64,000 nt of DNA from Hyphomicrobiales bacterium (lineage in GTDB: Bacteria; Pseudomonadota; Alphaproteobacteria; Rhizobiales; Beijerinckiaceae). How positions within the stretch are numbered: the stretch's first letter is position 1; each line of letters opens with the position of its first letter. The stretch is taken from NCBI GenBank assembly GCA_027487245.1, contig JAIYDY010000007.1:21018-85017 (forward strand). Reading direction: 5' to 3'. A program made the translations under genes and the position numbers. This document shows positions 10,946 through 19,428 of this stretch, piece after piece. The notes under the pieces were generated by a model that worked only from the letters and a program-made list of their open reading frames with translations, ran no database searches and had not been told where the DNA came from.

Positions 10946-12586
10946 ATGTCAGGCAGTGCGCACGAGGACACATTCGCCGCCGAAAACCTGCCACCGCAGG
11001 CACTGTGGCCGGATCGGCGCTTCACGCTTCCGGAGCTGCAATATCCCGATCGCGTCAATGCCGTGTCGGAGTTGCTGGACGGGCATCTGGCGCGCGGACA
11101 TGGACAGGCCCCCTGCCTGATCGGCCATGATGGACAGGTCTGGAGCTATGCCGAGACGACAAAGGCCGTGAACCGGATCGCCAATGTGCTGACGGGCACC
11201 CTTGGTCTGAAGCCCGGAAACCGGGTCTTGCTGCGCGCGCCCAACTCGCCCCTGCTGGCGGCGATCTATCTGGCCATCCTCAAGGCCGGCGGCATCGTCG
11301 TTGCCACCATGCCGATGCTGCGCACCAGGGAATTGGCCTACATCCTCGCCAAGGCGCGCATTTCGCTGGCCTTCTGTGCGTCCACTTTGCTGGACGATCT
11401 GGCCAGGGCGCGCGATCTGGAGCCGGGAACAGTGCGGATCGTCGACATGGGTGCCGAACTGTCCACGCTGATGGCTGGCGCTTCGGATGCGTTCAATGCC
11501 TGCGACACGGCTGCCGAGGATATCTGCCTGATCGGCTTCACCTCCGGCACCACCGGCGAGCCCAAGGCGACGATGCATGCGCACCGCGATCTTCTGGCGA
11601 TCTGCGACAGCTATGGGCGCCATGTGCTGAAGGCGGCGGCATCCGACCGGTTCATCGGCTCGCCACCGCTTGCCTTCACCTTTGGCCTTGGCGGGCTCGT
11701 GCTGTTTCCGTTGAGGGCCGGTGCCGCGACGATCCTGCTGGAACGGGCATCGCCCGACGATCTGTTGGGCGCAATGGCGGCGCTGAAGCCCACCATCTGC
11801 TTCACGGCACCGACGGCCTACCGGGCCATCCTTGGCAAGATGCAGCCGGGGGCTGCGGCCTGCTTGCGCATCTGCGTGTCGGCTGGCGAGGCACTGCCGC
11901 TGGCCACGTTCGAGGCCTGGAAAGCCGCAACCGGCATCACCATCCAGGACGGGATCGGCGCGACCGAGATGCTGCACATCTTCATTTCCGCAACCGTGGA
12001 GGAGGTTCGCCCCGGCGCGACGGGCAAGGCCGTGCCCGGCTTTGAAGCCAAGGTGATCGACCAGCAGGGCCGCGATCTTCCGCCCGGCTCGATCGGGCGG
12101 CTTGCCGTGCGTGGCCCGACCGGCTGCCGCTACATGGCTGACAGCCGCCAGAGCATCTATGTGCAGGATGGCTGGAACATCACCGGCGATACCTACCTCA
12201 TGGATGCGGATGGCTACTTCTGGTATCAGGCCCGCTCGGACGACATGATCATTTCCGCCGGCTACAACATTGCCGGGCCGGAGGTCGAGGCATCACTGTT
12301 GTCCCATCCCGCCGTGGCGGAGTGCGGCGTTGTCGGCGTGGCGGATGAGGAACGCGGCATGATCGTCAAGGCCTTCATCGTGCTGAGGGAGGGCCACGCG
12401 CCCGGCGACGCGATGGTGAAGCTGCTTCAGGAGCATGTGAAGGCCGATATCGCCGCCTACAAGTATCCGCGCGCCATTGCGTTCGCGCCATCGCTGCCGC
12501 GCACCGAAACCGGCAAGCTGCAGCGCTTCCAGCTGCGCAGCATGGCCAATGCCGGTCAGTCCGGCCCTTTACGGAGCGCATCATGA
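10946..12586 (+). CDS. AMP-dependent aryl/acyl-CoA ligase (benzoate/2-aminobenzoate-CoA ligase-like)
   Basis: Has the AMP-binding motif FTSGTTGEPKATMH, plus GWNITGDTY and a C-terminal LPRTETGKLQRF motif. The GTG at 10934 overlaps the ACAD stop; the ATG at 10946 is the more likely start. Confidence 0.85.
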   Translation: MSGSAHEDTFAAENLPPQALWPDRRFTLPELQYPDRVNAVSELLDGHLARGHGQAPCLIGHDGQVWSYAETTKAVNRIANVLTGTLGLKPGNRVLLRAPNSPLLAAIYLAILKAGGIVVATMPMLRTRELAYILAKARISLAFCASTLLDDLARARDLEPGTVRIVDMGAELSTLMAGASDAFNACDTAAEDICLIGFTSGTTGEPKATMHAHRDLLAICDSYGRHVLKAAASDRFIGSPPLAFTFGLGGLVLFPLRAGAATILLERASPDDLLGAMAALKPTICFTAPTAYRAILGKMQPGAAACLRICVSAGEALPLATFEAWKAATGITIQDGIGATEMLHIFISATVEEVRPGATGKAVPGFEAKVIDQQGRDLPPGSIGRLAVRGPTGCRYMADSRQSIYVQDGWNITGDTYLMDADGYFWYQARSDDMIISAGYNIAGPEVEASLLSHPAVAECGVVGVADEERGMIVKAFIVLREGHAPGDAMVKLLQEHVKADIAAYKYPRAIAFAPSLPRTETGKLQRFQLRSMANAGQSGPLRSAS

Positions 12587-13065
12587 CGCCCTCGCCCATC
12601 GATGGTCTCAGCCGCGCGGCCGAGGCTGCGACGCCCGCCGCGACGACCCTGAGCGTGCTGCAGCCCGAAGGCTGGCCCCGCCCGAAGGGCTATGCCAACG
12701 GCATTCTGGCGGAAGGCCGCATGGTCTTTGTCGGCGGCCAGATCGGCTGGGACACCGAGGGGCGCTTCGCCTCGGGGCTTGCCGCACAGGTTCGCCAGAC
12801 GCTGGCGAACACGCTGGCTGTGCTGGCTGTGGCCGGGGCGGGGCCGGAGCATGTGGCACGCATGACCTGGTATGTGTGCTCGATCGCGGATTACAACGCG
12901 CAACTCGGTGCCATCGGCCAAGCCTATCGCGAGACCTTCGGGCGGCATTACCCGGCCATGGCACTGGTGCAGGTGGTCAGGCTGGTCGAAGCCGAGGCGC
13001 TGGTGGAGATCGAGACCACCGCCGTTCTCCCGCCGGGTCCACCCCCTGCCCCGCCCGGCAGCTGA
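12583..13065 (+). CDS. RidA/YjgF-family reactive-intermediate deaminase
   Basis: 160 aa with YANGILAEGRMVFVGGQIGWD and a C-terminal LVEIETTAV motif typical of the family. There is an ATGA overlap with the ligase stop. Confidence 0.8.
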   Translation: MTPSPIDGLSRAAEAATPAATTLSVLQPEGWPRPKGYANGILAEGRMVFVGGQIGWDTEGRFASGLAAQVRQTLANTLAVLAVAGAGPEHVARMTWYVCSIADYNAQLGAIGQAYRETFGRHYPAMALVQVVRLVEAEALVEIETTAVLPPGPPPAPPGS

Positions 13066-13193
13066 CGTCACCAGCGCCTGACAGCACCAGCCCCTCCTGC
13101 CCGGTAGGGCTTGATCTCGCCCCCTCTCCTGGCCGATGCTGACCCATGGGCATGGGGCAGGACGGAATGAGGCTGGAGCGTCGGCATGCCCGC

Positions 13194-13949
13194 ATGCCGA
13201 CTTTTGCGGCATTCCTGCTGCTGGCGGGCATGTTGCCGGCAAAAGCCGCTTTCCTGCAGGACAAGGGCGCGACCCAGTTCATCCAGAGTGCCGGGATCAG
13301 CAGCTTCTCCCGCGCCTTCGATGCGAACGGGCGGCTGAAACGCGCCAGCGCCTTTTCCAAGACATCGCTGGACATCTTTGTCGGCCATGGCCTGACCGAA
13401 GCGGTCAGCCTGATCGGCGAGGTGTCATCAAGCCGCCTGATGCCGCGCATCCTCACCGCCACGGACGTGGATTCAGGCACGATGTGGTCGGCCATGGGCG
13501 GCATCCGTGCCCGTCTCTGGCATGACGGAGCCAGCATCATCTCGGTACAGGCCCTGGCAGGCGGCGGGCGCGACATGGGCCGCGCCGGCATGATGGGCGA
13601 TGTGCGGTTGCTGCTGGGGCACAATTTCAACCTGGCGGGCTACAGCGGCTTTGCCGATCTTCAGGCCGGCTATCGCCAGACCGCGCCGGGCAGCCGGCCG
13701 GAACTGCGCTTCGATGCGTCATTCGGCCTGCGCCTGCATCCCGACGTGCAGATCATCGGGCAGGTCCTGACGGCTCATGGTTTCAGCCATGCCGGGCAGC
13801 CCCGGAGCCTGCGCGTCAAGACGGCGTTGAGCCTTGCCTGGGATATCTCGAAGACGTGGTCCATCCAGATCGGCGGTTTCACCACCGTCTATGGCATCAA
13901 CACCGGCCAGGAAGCCGGCGCGACGCTGGCGGTGTGGCGGCGCTTCTGA
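13194..13949 (+). CDS. Putative outer-membrane beta-barrel protein, function unknown
   Basis: Has a signal peptide MPTFAAFLLLAGMLPAKA, an alternating beta-strand pattern and a C-terminal aromatic signature (...LAVWRRF). Confidence 0.5.
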   Translation: MPTFAAFLLLAGMLPAKAAFLQDKGATQFIQSAGISSFSRAFDANGRLKRASAFSKTSLDIFVGHGLTEAVSLIGEVSSSRLMPRILTATDVDSGTMWSAMGGIRARLWHDGASIISVQALAGGGRDMGRAGMMGDVRLLLGHNFNLAGYSGFADLQAGYRQTAPGSRPELRFDASFGLRLHPDVQIIGQVLTAHGFSHAGQPRSLRVKTALSLAWDISKTWSIQIGGFTTVYGINTGQEAGATLAVWRRF

Positions 13950-13987
13950 ACAGACGACACGGAACGGGACATCGGGAGCAGGAAGGC

Positions 13988-14062
13988 TGGAGCGGGCGAT
14001 GGGAATCGAACCCACGACATTCAGCTTGGGAAGCTGACGTTCTACCTCTGAACTACACCCGC
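13988..14062 (-). tRNA. tRNA-Gly (anticodon CCC), CCA encoded
   Basis: The reverse complement folds by hand into a cloverleaf. Acceptor stem GCGGGTG/CGCCCGC, D arm GTTC-AGAGGTA-GAAC, anticodon arm TCAGC-TTCCCAA-GCTGA, T arm GTGGG-TTCGATT-CCCAT, and a 3' TCCA end. Confidence 0.9.
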
Positions 14063-14107
14063 GCGCTGTTTCCTATACGGCGATTGGCGTGGCTGGCGCA
14101 ACGGCTT

Positions 14108-15637
14108 TCAGATGCTGTCGGCGACCCGCGAACGGTAGGAGAGCGCCTCGGCGAGGTGCAACCTTGCCACGTTGGCTTCGGCGTCGAGGTCTGCGAGCGT
14201 GCGGGCGACCTTGAGCACGCGGTGATAGCCCCGCGCCGTCAGTTTCATCGCATCGGCAGCATCGCGCAGCAATTTCTGGGCTGAAGCATCCGGCTTGACG
14301 ATCTCGTCGAGCACCTGTGGCGGGGCCGCGGCGTTGGTCAGCACGTCCGGCAGACCGAGAGCCTCATAGCGGATGCGCTGGATCTCGCGGGCGGCGGCAA
14401 CGCGCAACGCCACCTCGGCCGAGCCTTCGGAAGGCGCCGGCAGCAGCAGGTCGGATGCCGCGACAGCCGGCACATCGATGGCCAGATCGATGCGGTCCAT
14501 CAGCGGGCCGGAGATGCGCGACAGGTACTGTGCCATGCAGCGCTCATTGGGCTGGCGCTTGCAGGCAAATCCGGGCTCTGTGGCACGCCCGCAGCGGCAG
14601 GGGTTCATGGCCGCGACCAGCTGGAAGCGGGCCGGATAGGTGACACGGTGATTGGCGCGCGAGATCAGCACCTCACCGGTCTCGATCGGCTGGCGCAGGG
14701 CATCAAGCACCTGGGGCTGGAACTCGGGCAATTCATCAAGGAACAGGACGCCGCGATGGGCGAGCGAGACCTCGCCGGGCCTCGCCTGGAGCCCGCCACC
14801 GACCAGCGCTGCCATCGAGGCCGAGTGGTGCGGGGCCCGGAAAGGCCGTCTGTCGGTCAGCGCGCCGTTGACGATCAGGCCGGCGACCGAATGCACCATC
14901 GACACGTCGAGCAACTCGCGCGGTGCCAGCGGCGGCAGGATCGAAGGCAGGCGGCTCGCCAGCATCGACTTGCCGGCGCCGGGCGGGCCGTTCATCAGCA
15001 GGGCGTGTCCGCCCGCGGCAGCCACTTCGAGCACCCGCTTGGCCATGTCCTGGCCCTTGATGTCGCGCAGGTCCGGAAGGCTGGGCGGAGTTTTTGCGAT
15101 CGACGCGACAGGACGTGCCATGATCTGCGTGCCACGCATGTGGTTGGCAAGCTGGATCAGGTTGACGGGGGCCAGCACCTCAAGATCTGACGAGGCCCAG
15201 GCCGCTTCAGGCCCGCAAGCAGCAGGGCAGATCAGCCCGTGGCCGCGCATGTTGGCGGCCATGGCGGCCGGCAGAACGCCGGTGACGGCGGAGATGGTGC
15301 CATCCAGCGCCAGTTCACCCAGAACGGTGAAACCCTGCAGGGCATCGGGCGGTATCGCGCCGATCGCGGCCATGATGCCGAGGGCGATCGGCAGATCGTA
15401 GTGGCTGCCTTCCTTGGGCATGTCCGCCGGGGCGAGGTTGACTGTGAGCCGCTTGGCCGGCAGGGCGAGGCCCGATGCGATCAGCGCCGAGCGCACGCGC
15501 TCCTTGCTCTCCGCCACCGCCTTGTCGCCAAGGCCGACGAGCACGAAGTTCACGCCACCGGCGCTGAGCTGAACCTGCACGTCGACGGCGCGGGCCTCGA
15601 TGCCCTCGAACGCAACAGTGGCAACACGTGTGACCAT
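14108..15637 (-). CDS. comM: YifB/ComM family Mg-chelatase-like AAA+ ATPase
   Basis: 509 aa with an N-terminal Lon-protease-like domain, Walker A GPPGAGKSMLA and a C-terminal ChlI-like region (RGYHRVLKVARTLADL). Confidence 0.9.
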   Translation of the reverse strand: MVTRVATVAFEGIEARAVDVQVQLSAGGVNFVLVGLGDKAVAESKERVRSALIASGLALPAKRLTVNLAPADMPKEGSHYDLPIALGIMAAIGAIPPDALQGFTVLGELALDGTISAVTGVLPAAMAANMRGHGLICPAACGPEAAWASSDLEVLAPVNLIQLANHMRGTQIMARPVASIAKTPPSLPDLRDIKGQDMAKRVLEVAAAGGHALLMNGPPGAGKSMLASRLPSILPPLAPRELLDVSMVHSVAGLIVNGALTDRRPFRAPHHSASMAALVGGGLQARPGEVSLAHRGVLFLDELPEFQPQVLDALRQPIETGEVLISRANHRVTYPARFQLVAAMNPCRCGRATEPGFACKRQPNERCMAQYLSRISGPLMDRIDLAIDVPAVAASDLLLPAPSEGSAEVALRVAAAREIQRIRYEALGLPDVLTNAAAPPQVLDEIVKPDASAQKLLRDAADAMKLTARGYHRVLKVARTLADLDAEANVARLHLAEALSYRSRVADSI

Positions 15638-15960
15638 ATCCCAGCCCAGCCCTGCTGCTCGGGCCGAGGCCTGGCAACGATCAAAGTCGCGAACGACAGG
15701 CGTGTGGCCCGCCCGTCAGCCCCGATGACGTTTTACGGTATCTCACCAGCCAGCACAAGAACAGGAGAAGAACATACGACCTTGGGGCTTCACAAGGCTG
15801 CCCCTGTTCAGGCAGTGTTCACCGCTGCGTGGCTAAGAATGACGTGCATATGCGTATCTGTCTGCTGACGTTCCAGGTGTGGCGGCTCCCCGCCACTTGC
15901 GGCCCGCCCCGGTCGCCTGGGGGCGATGCGGGTCCAGCTTGCGAACCGGGACCCTGACAG

Positions 15961-17775
15961 ATGAGCGACGCTCCTCCCGCACCTGGATCAGCGCCCGGCA
16001 CCGAGGCGCGGCACCTGCTTTCCGCCGATCTGGAGGCCGCCCGATCGTTCATGGGCCTGTCGCGCGGCTGGTGGTCCGGATCGACTGCGCCAAAGGCATG
16101 GTTCTGGACCCTGGCGCTGGCCAGCATGATCCTGGTCAATGTCGGCGTGAACGTCCTGATGAACGGCTGGCATGGCTGGTTCTTCAATGCACTGGAGCGC
16201 AAGGACGGTGCCGCCGCCAGCATGGCGATGGCCGCTTTTCCGCTGATCGTGGTGGCTGCCGCAGCCGTCGGCGTGATGATCCTCAAGACGCGCGAGACCT
16301 TGCAGGTGCATTGGCGGCAATGGTTGTCAGCCAAGCTGATCGATCTGTGGGTCGACCGGCGCAGGTTCCAGCGGCTCGGCCCATCCGGCCTCGAGCCCGC
16401 CAATCCCGAATACCGCATCGCCGACGATGTGCGATGGGCAACCGAGCCGCTTGTCGACTTCGCCATCGGCCTGCTGTCGGCGATCATCACGGTGGTGACC
16501 TTCGTGGGCATCCTGTGGAGCATCGGCGGAAGCCTGACCCTGGGCGAGGGCGAGCGGGCCGTGACCATTCCGGCCTATCTGGTTCTGGCCGCCATCCTTT
16601 ATGGCATCGCGGTCTCGACCCTGATGCTTCTGGTCGGCCGCCGCCTGCCGCAGCACTATGCGCGGCGCAACGAGTCCGAAGCCAAGTTCCGGTTCGGGTT
16701 GATGCGGCTCAGGGATTCCGCCGATGCCATCGCGATCGGGAATGGCCAGTTCAGCGAACGCAAGGCCATCGGCCAGACCTATGAGACGCTGGCAAAGCGC
16801 TGGCTGGCGGTGATCGGCGAGCGTGCCAAGCTGACATGGATCACCAATGGCAATGGCGCGCTCGTGCCAGTGGTGCCGCTCCTGCTTGCCGCGCCCAAGT
16901 ATCTGTCGGGCGACATGTCGCTGGGCAGCGTGGTCCAGGTGGCGGCGGCGTTCGTGCAGGTGCAGATCGCCTTCAACTGGATCCTCGAGAATTTCATGCG
17001 CATCGCCGAATGGCTCGCGTCCGCCCGGCGGGTCAATGATCTGGCCGAGTCCATCGATGCCCTCGAAGCCGTGACGCCGGACATGCGCGCCAGCCCGAAG
17101 ACCATTGCCGGCGCTGCCGGCGCCCTCGTCGTTCATGATCTGGTGCTGAAGGATCGGGATGGCAGGACCCTGGCAGGGCCGATCTCGTTCGAACTCACGC
17201 AAGGCCAGAGCCTGCATCTGGGTTCGCTCGGTCCGGAAGCTGCCAGCGCGGTGCTGCGGGCGCTCGCCGACCAGTGGAGCTGGGGGAGCGGCGTGGTGGC
17301 GCGCGACCCGCAAGCACGCATCGGCGCGGCGGCGCAGCGCATGCGCTGGGCGGAGACGCAACTGGGGGAACTGCTGGCCTCCACGAACCCCGACAGACGT
17401 CAGGATGCCGAACAGGTGCGGGTGGTCCTGCTCAGGGTCGGGCTCGGTCATCTGTCGCAACGTCTCGACGAAACAGCAAACTGGGACCATGTGCTGTCCG
17501 AGGGCGAGCGCCAGCGCCTCGCCTTCGCGCGGCTGCATCTTGCCGCGCCGGAGATCGTGCTGATCGATGATGCGCTGCATGCCCTCGATGAAGCCGATGC
17601 CGCTGCGCTGTTCGCCGATCTGCGCGCCTCGCTGCCGGCTGCGATGCTGGTGACGGCAGGCGGCTCGGCTGTTCTGGAGACATCCGCAAGCCAGACTCTC
17701 GACACTGGCAAGGCGCCGGCACGGCGGCCGGCTCGCGGCTCTGCCTACCGCGGTGCCAAGTCCGGCACCCTGTGA
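15961..17775 (+). CDS. SbmA/BacA-family (YddA-like) ABC half-transporter with a degenerate nucleotide-binding domain
   Basis: 604 aa. The TMD has the family motif (WFWTLAL...NGWHGWFFNALE). The NBD keeps the LSEGERQRLAFARL signature, but Walker A reads GSLGPEAAS, Walker B reads IVLIDDALHALD and the H-loop position reads TAGGS. Confidence 0.8.
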   Translation: MSDAPPAPGSAPGTEARHLLSADLEAARSFMGLSRGWWSGSTAPKAWFWTLALASMILVNVGVNVLMNGWHGWFFNALERKDGAAASMAMAAFPLIVVAAAAVGVMILKTRETLQVHWRQWLSAKLIDLWVDRRRFQRLGPSGLEPANPEYRIADDVRWATEPLVDFAIGLLSAIITVVTFVGILWSIGGSLTLGEGERAVTIPAYLVLAAILYGIAVSTLMLLVGRRLPQHYARRNESEAKFRFGLMRLRDSADAIAIGNGQFSERKAIGQTYETLAKRWLAVIGERAKLTWITNGNGALVPVVPLLLAAPKYLSGDMSLGSVVQVAAAFVQVQIAFNWILENFMRIAEWLASARRVNDLAESIDALEAVTPDMRASPKTIAGAAGALVVHDLVLKDRDGRTLAGPISFELTQGQSLHLGSLGPEAASAVLRALADQWSWGSGVVARDPQARIGAAAQRMRWAETQLGELLASTNPDRRQDAEQVRVVLLRVGLGHLSQRLDETANWDHVLSEGERQRLAFARLHLAAPEIVLIDDALHALDEADAAALFADLRASLPAAMLVTAGGSAVLETSASQTLDTGKAPARRPARGSAYRGAKSGTL

Positions 17776-17780
17776 TTTCG

Positions 17781-17820
17781 CCCTGACCTGCAGGGCCGGC
17801 CGGCCCTGCTCCCTGACCTG
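17781..17820 (+). repeat. Direct repeat CCCTGACCTG (x2) flanking a perfect 18-bp palindrome CAGGGCCGGCCGGCCCTG
   Basis: Repeats at 17781-17790 and 17811-17820, palindrome at 17791-17808. The element starts 6 nt after the ABC stop codon and ends 27 nt before the next ATG. Confidence 0.7.
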
Positions 17821-17846
17821 ATGCTGCGCTTTTGACGGAGAGCACG

Positions 17847-18413
17847 ATGAGACTGAATGACTGGGACGGCTTCTGGGGCCTGCGTGTCGCCGAATGTCCA
17901 TGCGATGTGCACTTCGTCGAGTGGCTGGAAGAGAATGCCATCACCGGCAAGACGATCTTCCATTTCGGCTCGGGCGGACACCACTATGTCGGAATCCGCT
18001 GCGCCGAACCGGAACTCAGCAATGCCGTGCTGTCGATCAATGCCTCGACGCCTGACTATGACGCGTTCATGAAGCTGGCCAAGGAGCAGCCGCAACTGCT
18101 GCACAGCTACACCTGCTATTTCGGCGATATCTACACATCGAACGCACGGCTGTTGCCCAACTTCGATGTGGTGACGCTGTTCCACTCCTGCGAGTTCCGC
18201 AGCGAGAAGAACGACGCCTATGATGCCCTGACGGACCTTGAGGTGATGGAATTGTTCGTCGACAAGCTGCCGGTTGGAGGGCATGTGCTGTTCTATACCG
18301 GTTCATTCGCCTTCGAGAGCGCCAGACCCGTGATCGCGAGCCTGGAAAAATCGCGCGCGGTCGAGAAGGTCGGTCTCTTCAAGACGCTGCTGGTCTATCG
18401 TAAGACGGCGTGA
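17847..18413 (+). CDS. Hypothetical protein with a class-I SAM-methyltransferase-like fold (tentative)
   Basis: 188 aa counted from MRLNDW, with GGAG at 17837-17840 and a 6-nt spacer. It has a GxGxG-like motif (TIFHFGSGGH), an FDVVTLFH acidic/hydrophobic motif and GGHVLF. There are visibly more A/T-ending codons than in neighbouring genes. Confidence 0.5.
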   Translation: MRLNDWDGFWGLRVAECPCDVHFVEWLEENAITGKTIFHFGSGGHHYVGIRCAEPELSNAVLSINASTPDYDAFMKLAKEQPQLLHSYTCYFGDIYTSNARLLPNFDVVTLFHSCEFRSEKNDAYDALTDLEVMELFVDKLPVGGHVLFYTGSFAFESARPVIASLEKSRAVEKVGLFKTLLVYRKTA

Positions 18414-18456
18414 CAGCGGCGCTTCAAACGCTGCGAACAGTTTTCAGGACCGCGTG

Positions 18457-19407
18457 ATGGCAGGCGCCCAGCCGAAAGGCCGATGGTGGTGGGTCGGGCC
18501 GCTTGCGAGCGTGACGATCTTCGTTGCGTCGCTGGCTGTGCTCTACGTCGTTCTCGAGGAAATCGATGCCGCAAAGGTGTTGGCCGCCCTGGCCGAAACC
18601 GGGCGCGACGCGCTCTGGATGGCGCTCGGGTTCACCGTGCTGAGCTATGCGCTTCTGACGTTCTACGATGCACTGGCCTTGCGCAAGCTGGGGCTTGCCA
18701 TCCCCTACCGCACCACGGCGCTGGCGTCCTACACCAGCTTTTCGGTTTCATTCACGCTCGGCTTCCCACTCGTGACGGCGGGAACCGTCCGCTACTGGAT
18801 CTATTCCAAGCGCGGCGTTCGCACGGCGGAAGTGGCCAAGCTGACCGTGATCGTGGCGATGACGTTCTGGCTGGGGATGGCGGCGACGCTCGGTGTGACC
18901 TTGCTCTATTCTGCGGATGCGATCGCGCTTCTGGCGCGGGCGACGCCGCTGATCATCCAGGGTGCCGGGGTGGCCATCCTGGTCCTCGTCGCCGGCTACC
19001 TCGCCTGGGTGGCAGGCGGGAACAGGGCCATCGAGGTGCGTGGCTGGCGGCTTGAGCTCCCCGGCGCACGCATGAGCGTGGCCCAGATCCTTCTCGGTGC
19101 CGGCGATGTCTGCGCCGCGGCGACGGTGCTCTATGTGCTGCTGCCGGCCGGGCACGGCCTCGCCTTCGAGGCCTTCCTCGCAATCTATGTGTTTGCCTGT
19201 GTGGTCGGCATTGCCAGCCACCTGCCAGGCGGTGTCGGCGCTTTTGAGGCCACGATGCTGATCGGGTTGGCGCATTTGCCGCGCGAGCCGGTGCTCGGCG
19301 CCCTGCTGCTGTTCCGGCTGATCTACTACATCCTGCCCTTCGTCATCGCCCTCGCCATGCTGGGCCTTTACGAGATCTCGCGGCGGCTCAGGGCGCGTCC
19401 GGATTGA
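18457..19407 (+). CDS. Stand-alone lysylphosphatidylglycerol-synthase (MprF) transmembrane/flippase-like domain protein (UPF0104/YbhN-like)
   Basis: About 316-aa polytopic membrane protein. The N-terminal (R/K)WWW...VLEEID motif and the HLPGGVGAFEA motif are typical of the family. No synthase domain is attached. Confidence 0.7.
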   Translation: MAGAQPKGRWWWVGPLASVTIFVASLAVLYVVLEEIDAAKVLAALAETGRDALWMALGFTVLSYALLTFYDALALRKLGLAIPYRTTALASYTSFSVSFTLGFPLVTAGTVRYWIYSKRGVRTAEVAKLTVIVAMTFWLGMAATLGVTLLYSADAIALLARATPLIIQGAGVAILVLVAGYLAWVAGGNRAIEVRGWRLELPGARMSVAQILLGAGDVCAAATVLYVLLPAGHGLAFEAFLAIYVFACVVGIASHLPGGVGAFEATMLIGLAHLPREPVLGALLLFRLIYYILPFVIALAMLGLYEISRRLRARPD

Positions 19408-19428
19408 GCCGTTTTGGCGGGCACGCGC

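Noticed and set aside
13988-14062. tRNA-Gly (next to comM) as an integration hotspot marking a genomic island.
   Set aside because: There is no integrase, no duplicated tRNA 3' fragment and no compositional break that I could see on either side. The flanking genes look like ordinary chromosomal genes.
15961-17775. The degenerate ABC gene interpreted as a decaying pseudogene.
   Set aside because: The frame is uninterrupted over 604 codons, codon bias looks normal, and the TMD and signature motifs are well conserved. It is kept as a finding (pseudo-ATPase) rather than called a pseudogene; dN/dS analysis would settle this.
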